DNA from: Candidatus Omnitrophota bacterium | GTDB taxonomy: Bacteria > Omnitrophota > Gorgyraeia > Pluralincolimonadales > Pluralincolimonadaceae | Assembly (NCBI GenBank): GCA_028716565.1 | Contig: JAQUPL010000008.1 | Location: 13,067-77,066, forward strand | Direction of reading: 5' to 3' | DNA length: 64,000 bases | Part shown: piece after piece, positions 36,389 to 44,173 of the stretch | How the letters are laid out: each line of letters starts with the position of its first letter | How positions within the stretch are numbered: the first letter of the stretch is position 1 | Notes under the pieces: generated by a model | The model's database searches: none | What the model saw: the letters and a program-made list of their open reading frames with translations, nothing else | Told to the model about the DNA's origin: nothing | Made by a program: the position numbers and the translations under genes

Positions 36389-39025
36389 TTAGGGATTAAA
36401 GGCGGCATCTCCCTGCCGCGCCGCATACGCAAAGCGGGCCTGGAGCCGGATGTCGCGGGATGAACTGCCGACGAGGATGTCGAATTCGCCGGGTTCGGCG
36501 ACCCAACCCTTCGCCTCAGCGTCGTAGAACGCGAGGGCTCGCTCGTCCAAACGGAAGATGACCTGCTTCGTTTCGCCCGGGGCCAACTCCACCTTCTCGA
36601 ACCCCTTGAGCTCCTTCACTGGGCGGGGCAGGCGGGACTCGACATCGTGGACGTAGAGTTGCACGACTTCCTTGCCCTTGCGCTTGCCCGTGTTCGTGAT
36701 GTCCACGCGAGCGACAAGGGTCTTGGGGTCCACGTTCAGGTTGCTGTACTTGAATGTCGTGTAGGACAATCCGTGCCCGAACGGGAAAAGGGGTTCCACG
36801 TTCCGAGTGTCGTAGTAACGGTAGCCAACCAGCAGGCCCTCCTTGTACTCGCAGTCCTTATCGTTGTACTGCCCGATTGCGTGGGCAGGACAGTCCTCGA
36901 GCCGCTTGGGAAACGTGATCGGCAGCTTTCCGGAGGGGTTGATGTCACCGAATACGATGTCGGCCACGGTGTTTCCGACTTCCATGCCGGCGTACCACGC
37001 CTGGACCACGCAGGGCACTTTGTCGATCCACGGCATCTCGACGGCGCTGCCGGAGACCAGGAACACGGCGGTGCGCGGATTGGCCGCCGCGACTGCCTCG
37101 ATCAACTCGTTCTGCCGCCCGTGCAGCCGGATGTCGCGACGGTCCTCACCCTCCTTGTCGTACTGATGGTTCTGGCCCGCGAACACCAACACGGCATCGG
37201 CCGCGCGAGCCGCTTTGATCGCCTCGGCAAATTCGACTTCGGGGCCGACGCGGGAGTCCGGCCTAACCCAACCCAGTTTAACCATTGCATCGCCGCTGGA
37301 TTCGTAGTACTCCACCTCGAAGTGGTAGGTCTGGCCCGCGGTCAACTCGATCTTCGCGTCCTTACGTTCCTCGGCATGGTCGGCCCAGTTGTCGATCACC
37401 ACCTTGCCGTTGATCTTCAGCCTTGAACCGTCGTCGCTCGTAAGGCCCAAGTGATAGATCCCGCTGGCAGTCGGCAGGATATCGGCCGTCCACCGCGCGG
37501 AGAAGTTATCCTTGGGTACACCTGCGGCCGGACCCAGATCCTTCCAGTTAAAGTCCATGGCCTTCTCATACCGGATCTCGACCGGCTGACCGTTCAGATT
37601 ACGGTCGTTGAAGTACTCACCCTTCCAACTCCGGATGCCGGACTTGGGATCTGTGGTCTGCACATACGTGTCGCTGATCGCCTCGAAAACCGTGGTGTCG
37701 CCCGTGTCCCGGTAACCCTCCACGTACGTGATCTTAACCATTCCCCCGCCCTTGCGTTTCAGCCCCTCGAGCGGGGTGATCTCATAAAGCGCGCGGATCG
37801 CCGAACTGCCGCCTTGATTCGCATGCTGTATGACAGCGTTCTCGCCGATCACAGCGAGCTTCAGTGTCTTGTTAATGTCGAGCGGCAGGACGCCGTCGTT
37901 CTTCAGCAGCACCATCGCCTCGCCGGCGACATCCCGGACCGCCTGCTGGTTTGCGGCGGTATTGCGCGATCCGGTCTTGCGTGTCGATGGATCAATCATA
38001 CCGGCCCGGATCATGAAGCGGAGGATCCGCCGGACCTTGTCGTCGACGACGCTCTCCGGAATCTCCCCGCGCTCGACGGCCTGCCGAAGGGGATTCGCAA
38101 AGAAGAAGGTGTCGTAGTTGTCCGACGTGCCCATCTCTATATCGAGCCCGTTCACCGCGGCATCGCGCGTGCTGTGCGTTCCGCCCCAGTCCGAAATACA
38201 GACACCGTCGAACCCCCACGCCCCCTTGAGAATGTCGTTCATTAGGTACTTGTTCTCTCCGCACCACTGTCCCCGGAACTTGTTGTAGGAGGTCATTACC
38301 GTCCAGGCACCCGCGCGGACGGCCGCCTCGAACGCCGGCAGGTAAATTTCGCGCAGGGTGCGCTCGTCGGCCACCACGTTGACCCAGCCGCGGTTCCACT
38401 CCTGGTTGTTCAGCGCGTAGTGCTTCACGCACGCCGCCACATCGTTGCTCTGGATGCCGCGCACCACCTCGGACGCCATCTGGCCGACTTGGTACGGGTC
38501 CTCGCCGTAATACTCGAAATTGCGGCCACAGACTGGAGTGCGGACGATGTTGATGCCTGGGCCCAGGAGGATGTCCTTGTTACGATGACGCGCCTCCGCG
38601 CCCAATGTTTCGCCGAATCGGCGTCCCATTTCCCGATTCCAAGTCGACGCCAGCGCAGAGCCGGTCGGGAGATAGGTCACGTAGTCATCCTCCCACCCCG
38701 CAGGCTCCCAGGAGTTGGCGGCGGTTTCGCGCCGTACTCCGTGCGGGCCGTCAGACATCGCCACACGGGGAATCCCCAGCCGTTCGATCCCAGCGGTATT
38801 GAACTTCGAGTTGGCGTGGCAAAGCGAAAGCTTTTCGGCCAGCGACATCTGCTTCAGCAGGTCGTTGATGCGTGTTTCAATTGCCGGCACCGGCGCGAGG
38901 TTCTCAGCTTTGTCAATAGCGGTCGCGGCAACAGCTTGAGTTTCTGATTGAAAACCCTGGAGTCCGCCGCATGATATAGTGAATGTTACCAGAAGTGTGA
39001 CGAAAACGTACTTAAACATATTCAT
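36389..39025 (-). CDS. bglX: GH3 beta-glucosidase with inserted PA14 domain, lipoprotein/secreted
   Basis: GH3 N- and C-terminal domains (catalytic region around SDW), a PA14 segment (YHLGLTSDDGSRLKINGK) and a fibronectin-like C-terminus. Start MNMFKY at 39025 follows AAAGGAG. The gene is visibly more GC-rich than its neighbours. Confidence 0.85.
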   Translation of the reverse strand: MNMFKYVFVTLLVTFTISCGGLQGFQSETQAVAATAIDKAENLAPVPAIETRINDLLKQMSLAEKLSLCHANSKFNTAGIERLGIPRVAMSDGPHGVRRETAANSWEPAGWEDDYVTYLPTGSALASTWNREMGRRFGETLGAEARHRNKDILLGPGINIVRTPVCGRNFEYYGEDPYQVGQMASEVVRGIQSNDVAACVKHYALNNQEWNRGWVNVVADERTLREIYLPAFEAAVRAGAWTVMTSYNKFRGQWCGENKYLMNDILKGAWGFDGVCISDWGGTHSTRDAAVNGLDIEMGTSDNYDTFFFANPLRQAVERGEIPESVVDDKVRRILRFMIRAGMIDPSTRKTGSRNTAANQQAVRDVAGEAMVLLKNDGVLPLDINKTLKLAVIGENAVIQHANQGGSSAIRALYEITPLEGLKRKGGGMVKITYVEGYRDTGDTTVFEAISDTYVQTTDPKSGIRSWKGEYFNDRNLNGQPVEIRYEKAMDFNWKDLGPAAGVPKDNFSARWTADILPTASGIYHLGLTSDDGSRLKINGKVVIDNWADHAEERKDAKIELTAGQTYHFEVEYYESSGDAMVKLGWVRPDSRVGPEVEFAEAIKAARAADAVLVFAGQNHQYDKEGEDRRDIRLHGRQNELIEAVAAANPRTAVFLVSGSAVEMPWIDKVPCVVQAWYAGMEVGNTVADIVFGDINPSGKLPITFPKRLEDCPAHAIGQYNDKDCEYKEGLLVGYRYYDTRNVEPLFPFGHGLSYTTFKYSNLNVDPKTLVARVDITNTGKRKGKEVVQLYVHDVESRLPRPVKELKGFEKVELAPGETKQVIFRLDERALAFYDAEAKGWVAEPGEFDILVGSSSRDIRLQARFAYAARQGDAAFNP

Positions 39026-39089
39026 ACCTTTGCTCCTTTTTATATAGATCATTTAATGATACCTCCTTTTTCATTGTTTCTCCTTATAT

Positions 39090-39135
39090 TGCCCACGTGG
39101 GCAGAGTTTAACACATAATTACCCTTTTTCAAGAT
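39090..39135 (-). promoter_or_regulatory. bglX promoter (TTGAAA-16-TAAACT) followed by a perfect 14-bp LacI-type operator TGCCCACGTGGGCA (39090-39103)
   Basis: The palindrome fits the LacI-family pattern TG....ACGT....CA. It sits at the transcription start, and a LacI gene is adjacent. Confidence 0.55.
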
Positions 39136-39181
39136 AAATTTACCGCTTTTTTTATGGGAATTCTTGGCAAGGTTATACCAA

Positions 39182-39886
39182 TTACACGATTTTTCCAAAA
39201 AGGGCACCCACGGCGGCCGTCAACGCCATTGCTAATGCTCCCCAAAACGTAACGCGAACAGCTGCTCTCGCTATGGGTGCTCCGCCGGCGAATGCCGCCA
39301 GCGCCCCTAACACCGCGAGAAAAACAAGCGTGACCCCAAAAACAACGGGAACCAATTTCGTTCCCGGTACTACAAACACGATGAGAAGCGGCATCGCTGC
39401 GCCGATAGAAAAACTCGCTGCCGATGCCCACGCGGCTTGTAACGGGTGAGCGATGAAATTAAGAGAGATGCCGAGTTCGTCACGGGCGTGTGCCGACAAT
39501 GCGTCATGGGCCATCAATTGCTCGGCGACCTGTTTTGCGAGCGGCGGATCCAGTCCCCGGCCCTCGTAGATTGACGCCAGCTCCCTGTGCTCGTTTTCAT
39601 TATCTACATCGAGTTCCTTGCGCTCGCGCGCCAGGTCTGCTCTTTCGGTATCGGCCTGTGAGCTTACCGATACGTACTCGCCGGCCGCCATTGACATCGC
39701 CCCTGCGACCAAACCGGCGACGCCGGCGACCAATACTGAACCTCTGGACGCGTGAGCTGCAGCTACGCCCACAATGAGGCTTGCGGTCGACACTATCCCA
39801 TCGTTCGCACCCAAAACTGCGGCACGTAACCAACCAATCCGGTACGTACGATGATGTTCCCTATGACTACTTTTGGCCGCAACCAT
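39182..39886 (-). CDS. VIT1/CCC1-family iron/manganese transporter
   Basis: GANDGIVSTASLIVGV motif, two blocks of TM helices, and an acidic middle loop. Confidence 0.75.
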   Translation of the reverse strand: MVAAKSSHREHHRTYRIGWLRAAVLGANDGIVSTASLIVGVAAAHASRGSVLVAGVAGLVAGAMSMAAGEYVSVSSQADTERADLARERKELDVDNENEHRELASIYEGRGLDPPLAKQVAEQLMAHDALSAHARDELGISLNFIAHPLQAAWASAASFSIGAAMPLLIVFVVPGTKLVPVVFGVTLVFLAVLGALAAFAGGAPIARAAVRVTFWGALAMALTAAVGALFGKIV

Positions 39887-39924
39887 TATATCTTCCTTTC
39901 AGCCGAGGGGAAACCTTTCTAATT

Positions 39925-40010
39925 TAGCCGGTTTTATTATAAAGGTAATATTTTACCATATCAAGGATTATTGGGGATCAGGGAGGGATTTCCTTGCGGA
40001 ATTTGAGCAC
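39925..40010 (-). promoter_or_regulatory. repeat-element copy carrying a TTGATA-17-TATAAT promoter for the VIT gene
   Basis: -10 at 39941..39936, -35 at 39964..39959. The right end GGGGATCAGGGAGGGATTTCC is homologous to other copies. Confidence 0.6.
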
Positions 40011-40084
40011 CTTGAGCTTTTATCTGGCGAAATCCTGTGAAGCAGGACGTCCGTTTTGTCCGGGCATCGGCCGATCATTATATC

Positions 40085-40240
40085 TTATTTCTTTTCTTTG
40101 GTCTCCTCTTTTTCTTTATCTTGATTTTTCTTATCTTTCCTAGCGTCAAGATTACCTCTAACTATTACATAGATAAAAAATAATGCTGCAAAGCCCAAAA
40201 GAACATAAACCGGCCAATCTTTTGATAAATTAATTCCCAT
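40085..40240 (-). CDS. small membrane peptide (51 aa: one TM helix plus K/E-rich tail), not in ORF track
   Basis: ATG at 40240 preceded by AAAGGAGG. Sequence MGINLSKDWPVYVLLGFAALFFIYVIVRGNLDARKDKKNQDKEKEETKEKK. Confidence 0.3.
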   Translation of the reverse strand: MGINLSKDWPVYVLLGFAALFFIYVIVRGNLDARKDKKNQDKEKEETKEKK

Positions 40241-40255
40241 AGATAAATACCTCCT

Positions 40256-40390
40256 TTATTTTGATCTTTTCTTTGTCTTCTTCCCTTCTCCGTCAAGACC
40301 TTTTTCAAATATTCTTCTAAAGCAGAAAACCCCCAAGCCTAAAATGAATGTCCAGGAAATAATTAGAAATATCCAACCGCTCGGTTTCAA
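40256..40390 (-). CDS. small membrane peptide (44 aa, TTG start: one TM helix plus basic tail)
   Basis: GGAGGA lies 7 nt upstream of TTG at 40390. Sequence ..KPSGWIFLIISWTFILGLGVFCFRRIFEKGLDGEGKKTKKRSK. The track's longer version overlaps treT and is unlikely to be real. Confidence 0.3.
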   Translation of the reverse strand: MKPSGWIFLIISWTFILGLGVFCFRRIFEKGLDGEGKKTKKRSK

Positions 40391-40410
40391 ATATAGGTCC
40401 TCCTTATTAT

Positions 40411-41622
40411 TTATAAATAAACTATATCCTCCGGATGATATAACGAAAGAAATAATAACATATACTCTTTCAAATGGCGCGTTATCAGAAAATTGTTCCT
40501 TACGTGCTCTTTTCCGTTCTCGCCTAATTTGCGGGCATAATCCGGGCTGCTCAAGAGCTGTTTTACGGCAAAACTCGCCCCTTCGACGGAATGACAAAGT
40601 AGTCCCGAATATTTATGCGTTATCTGCAATGGTATGCCGCCGACGTTGGATGCTACAACCGGTTTCGCTTTCCATAAGGCTTCGGAGACTGTAAGGCCAA
40701 AACCTTCTCTTAAAGATTTCTGCAAGATCACCGCTGAAGCTCTTTGAAGCGCGTTTATTTCAATATCGTTCTGCGCAAGCAAAAGCACATGTATATCTGG
40801 GTCGCCTTTTGCGGCCTCTTTTACTTCAAGCAGAACTTCCGCGCTCTCCGGGTCATCCGAGGCCCCTCCTCCCGCAAGAATTAGCCGGCAATCGGCGTAT
40901 CTCTTTACCTGCCTGTATACCTTTAAAACTCCCAGAGGATCCTTCAACCTGTCAAAACGCGATATCTGCGTGATTATAGGCTTATCTTTCGGAATTTCGT
41001 ATTTATTTAATACCGAATCTATCGTCTCCTGTGAAAGCTCCTTATTTTTGTCGCTTAACGGATCGATCGAGGGAGATATCAGAAATTGCCTTATTGGCAA
41101 TTTCTGGGAGAAGGCCGGAGCTGAAAAGACTGCCGCATCATATTTATCGATATAACCCCTAAGAAATCCCCAGACATCCTGATTCGGCTCGGAGACATCT
41201 ACGTGGCAACGCCAGACCCATTTATTTTCCTTCCTCTTGTCAACCAGGACCACGGGCTGGGGATCGTGAATAAATACGATGTCTCCGTAAGTATCCAGCT
41301 CTTCCATATTCATGCGGCTTGTTTCCAGGAATATATCGAAATCCTTTTTTGAAATTTCCACGTTGACTCCGTGAAGAGCATTGTGGAAATTCTTGGTGAC
41401 CTCGAAAAACTGCTCTCCCCCTTTTATCAGGTCCCACCGCGCGTCTACCCCGAGCTCTTTTAAGAGGGGTATCATCCTGTTCAGTATCTCCGCCACGCCT
41501 CCGCCGACCGAGGTTGAATTGATATTCTGGATCACCTTGCCTCTTAACCTCTCGGCAAGAAGCCTTAGGTCGTCTATTGTCGGCTGTCCCACGATAGGGA
41601 TATATTCGTCTATTTTCCCCAT
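40411..41622 (-). CDS. treT: trehalose glycosyltransferring synthase (TreT-type, GT4)
   Basis: Strong similarity to archaeal and bacterial TreT: NSTSVGGGVAEIL, WRCHVDVS, PSIDPLSDKN, IITQISRFD, DDPES, ILQKSLREGFGLTVSEALWKAKPVV. Confidence 0.8.
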   Translation of the reverse strand: MGKIDEYIPIVGQPTIDDLRLLAERLRGKVIQNINSTSVGGGVAEILNRMIPLLKELGVDARWDLIKGGEQFFEVTKNFHNALHGVNVEISKKDFDIFLETSRMNMEELDTYGDIVFIHDPQPVVLVDKRKENKWVWRCHVDVSEPNQDVWGFLRGYIDKYDAAVFSAPAFSQKLPIRQFLISPSIDPLSDKNKELSQETIDSVLNKYEIPKDKPIITQISRFDRLKDPLGVLKVYRQVKRYADCRLILAGGGASDDPESAEVLLEVKEAAKGDPDIHVLLLAQNDIEINALQRASAVILQKSLREGFGLTVSEALWKAKPVVASNVGGIPLQITHKYSGLLCHSVEGASFAVKQLLSSPDYARKLGENGKEHVRNNFLITRHLKEYMLLFLSLYHPEDIVYL

Positions 41623-41623
41623 A

Positions 41624-42295
41624 TCAGGCCGGCATCCTTCTCTTGATTATCCCGATCACTTTATCCCTTAAACCCTCCAGGGTAAAAGTATAAGGATCAA
41701 GCTGAGATATCTCCCTTGCCATCCGCTCATCGCCGACCGAATTCATTATCCAATTCGAAAAATCGTTCGTATTTTTTTCAAGCCTCAGGCGCGCCTCAAA
41801 GACGTGATAATAAATGGAATCTATGGTTATCTTATCTAAAATATCTATGAAATCCTTCAAATCATACGCTTCATATTTGGTCGGAAGCACGAAGCTTACC
41901 GACTTCACGAAATGGAATTCGTCGCCTTCCCCCGCGAACCTGATCTTTGCCGTCGGGTTCTCGGCCAGATACGACTCGATCACCTCGACCAGCTTCTCCC
42001 TTAAGCTGCGGATAGTATTAAACTGTATGACGTCTATGCTCGCCAGCTTCTCTCCTAACTCATCATCGCCCATTACCTCTGTCACCCAATACGCAAAATC
42101 GTTCGGCGGTTCCGGCGAAAGGTGCTGGTGCTGCTGCAGGAACCTGTGAGTATGGTGATATATGCAGGAACCGTTCACCACTTTCATAAGCTCGAGCAAT
42201 TGCCCTAAGGTCGAGGCCCTCAATCCGGTTAACTCGGAAAGATGCATCCTCGTATAGAATCTAAAGGATTCTCTTGCTTTCCGTATCTCTGCCAT
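41624..42295 (-). CDS. hypothetical protein conserved within the trehalose cluster (223 aa)
   Basis: No recognisable motifs. It is tightly packed between otsB and treT, with a 1-nt gap to treT. Confidence 0.45.
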   Translation of the reverse strand: MAEIRKARESFRFYTRMHLSELTGLRASTLGQLLELMKVVNGSCIYHHTHRFLQQHQHLSPEPPNDFAYWVTEVMGDDELGEKLASIDVIQFNTIRSLREKLVEVIESYLAENPTAKIRFAGEGDEFHFVKSVSFVLPTKYEAYDLKDFIDILDKITIDSIYYHVFEARLRLEKNTNDFSNWIMNSVGDERMAREISQLDPYTFTLEGLRDKVIGIIKRRMPA

Positions 42296-43097
42296 GTTCC
42301 TGTTCCTTCTTTAAACCGTTAACCATCCTTAAGAACTTCAATACATCCTTGTGGCTCTTAAGATAATATTTCGCTTTGGACTTCTTAGGCATGCCTACAA
42401 ATATGGTCAAACTCTTTTTCCTTAAGGCCGAAAAAGCGTCCTCGTCGGTCACGTCATCGCCTATATAAACCGGCAATACCGGATCCCCTCCCGACACGAA
42501 TACCTGCCTTGCGAGAAGCCACATCACAGATCTCCCCTTGTCCCATTCAATGGGAGGCCTTACTTCCAGTATCATCTTCCCGGTATTTATCTTTATCTTA
42601 TTGCCGACCAAATAATATATTATCGCCTCGTGGAACGCCGTTTTGACTAAATGGATATTATCCTCATTTACCAGGCGGTAATGCACGCTTAACGTACAGC
42701 CCTTGTCTTCCAGTATGACGCCTTTTATATGAGCGAGCCTTCTGAGCAGATCGAGTTTTATTTTCCTGACTATCTTTTTAAAGCCCGAGGGGACGACGCT
42801 TTCGAATTTCAATTTAGGCCCTTCGATCTCCAGGCCATGGTTGCCGGAATAGATGATGTTTTTTAAGCCGACGACGCTCTTTATGTCCTTCAATGACCGG
42901 CCGCTGATTACGGCAAGCTTACACCCCCGGTTCTTTGATAATTCATACAATATATCCCTGGCTTCTTTAGAAAGAACTGCTCTATCCGGAGTGTCTGCGA
43001 TGGAGGTCAATGTTCCATCGTAGTCTAAAAAAAGTATAATGCGGCTATTTCTCAGATCTTCCTTTAAATGACCCCAATGATTAAAAAGATACTTCAT
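42261..43097 (-). CDS. otsB: trehalose-6-phosphate phosphatase (HAD superfamily)
   Basis: ILFLDYDGTLT (DxDGT), SGRS and GDDVTDED HAD motifs. Start MKYLF at 43097 overlaps the upstream stop as ATGA. Confidence 0.8.
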   Translation of the reverse strand: MKYLFNHWGHLKEDLRNSRIILFLDYDGTLTSIADTPDRAVLSKEARDILYELSKNRGCKLAVISGRSLKDIKSVVGLKNIIYSGNHGLEIEGPKLKFESVVPSGFKKIVRKIKLDLLRRLAHIKGVILEDKGCTLSVHYRLVNEDNIHLVKTAFHEAIIYYLVGNKIKINTGKMILEVRPPIEWDKGRSVMWLLARQVFVSGGDPVLPVYIGDDVTDEDAFSALRKKSLTIFVGMPKKSKAKYYLKSHKDVLKFLRMVNGLKKEQEHGRDTESKRIL

Positions 43098-44149
43098 ATC
43101 CAGAAAACCGCTAAAAAATATCCCAGCATTAGTATGAGCCCTAAGGGTATCCCTAATCTGGCCCAAGCCCGGCTGGGGATATTTAGCTTTCCCGCTGCGA
43201 TGATATTAGGGATATTCCCGGGGATAAGCATCCCTCCTGAGACCAGCAAGCCCATAAGTATCGCCCGAATATGTCCTATATCCATCTTTGGCGTGATCTC
43301 GGCGGCGGTTAAGGTCGCGTTATCCAGAATAGCCGAAACGATGTTGAGCCAATACAGCCCTTTAGCCGACATCTGGACTACATAGGCGTCTATAATAGGC
43401 TTAAATCCCTTGCCTAAAAAAATCAAAGCCATCACAAAAAGATAAACTTTACCCGCGCGGATAAAAATGTCTTTTACTATCTCCGGCCTGTCTTCGGCTA
43501 AGGTCGTCTTTTCGGAGATTTTGGGTCTTATAAATGTGGCCAAAAAACCCAGGACCAGGATTCCCGGTAAAATATATAATCCCAGTAATTTCACCAAAAA
43601 CCAAAAATCGGCATTAAAAGGGGGCCCTTTCAATTTGGATATAGCGATCGTAGACAAAGGTTCGCCGATCGGAGTGAGGGCGGCTCCCAATCCTATGGAA
43701 AAACAGGCTATGACCACAAAATTAGTTTCGGTCTTTTTGTCAAATTTCATCCCGGTAACCAGTTCCACTAAAACCAAAGAAGCGATGATCGCAGTGATCG
43801 CGCTTGACATGACCCCCAATAATACCACGACCAAAAAGAATACCCATTTAACCCCTATTTGACGGATAACTTTACTAATTGTCGACCGTATGCGGTCCCT
43901 GACATAACGGAAGAGCAACCCGGCCACCAGTACCGCAACGCTGATCTTTATCGGCTCGACCAATGCCTCATAGACCAAATGTTTACTCCACAATTGAGAG
44001 ATCGTCACCGCCGATAAACCCATGACAAAAAGAAAAATCTCTAAATCCCGCTCTATTCTCTTTACCAGGAAAGGCAGGACAAATACCGTTACGATTATCC
44101 CGGCAAGCCCCCACATGATCCAGGCAGATAAGACTATTTTTTCGGTCAA
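43094..44149 (-). CDS. DUF1646-like polytopic membrane protein (predicted cation transporter)
   Basis: About 10 TM helices. The family assignment comes from general resemblance only. Confidence 0.4.
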   Translation of the reverse strand: MTEKIVLSAWIMWGLAGIIVTVFVLPFLVKRIERDLEIFLFVMGLSAVTISQLWSKHLVYEALVEPIKISVAVLVAGLLFRYVRDRIRSTISKVIRQIGVKWVFFLVVVLLGVMSSAITAIIASLVLVELVTGMKFDKKTETNFVVIACFSIGLGAALTPIGEPLSTIAISKLKGPPFNADFWFLVKLLGLYILPGILVLGFLATFIRPKISEKTTLAEDRPEIVKDIFIRAGKVYLFVMALIFLGKGFKPIIDAYVVQMSAKGLYWLNIVSAILDNATLTAAEITPKMDIGHIRAILMGLLVSGGMLIPGNIPNIIAAGKLNIPSRAWARLGIPLGLILMLGYFLAVFWI

Positions 44150-44173
44150 TTTATTCTCCCGGTGCGCCTATTT

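Noticed and set aside
36647-38245. Several 250+ aa ORFs on both strands inside the beta-glucosidase gene
   Set aside because: They are a consequence of high GC content in bglX. The GH3 frame is the only one with recognisable motifs.
40256-40597. 113-aa version of the small-peptide ORF overlapping the treT 3' end by about 190 nt
   Set aside because: The N-terminal extension lacks an RBS and overlaps a well-supported gene. A TTG start with GGAGGA at 40390 gives a compact 44-aa product instead.
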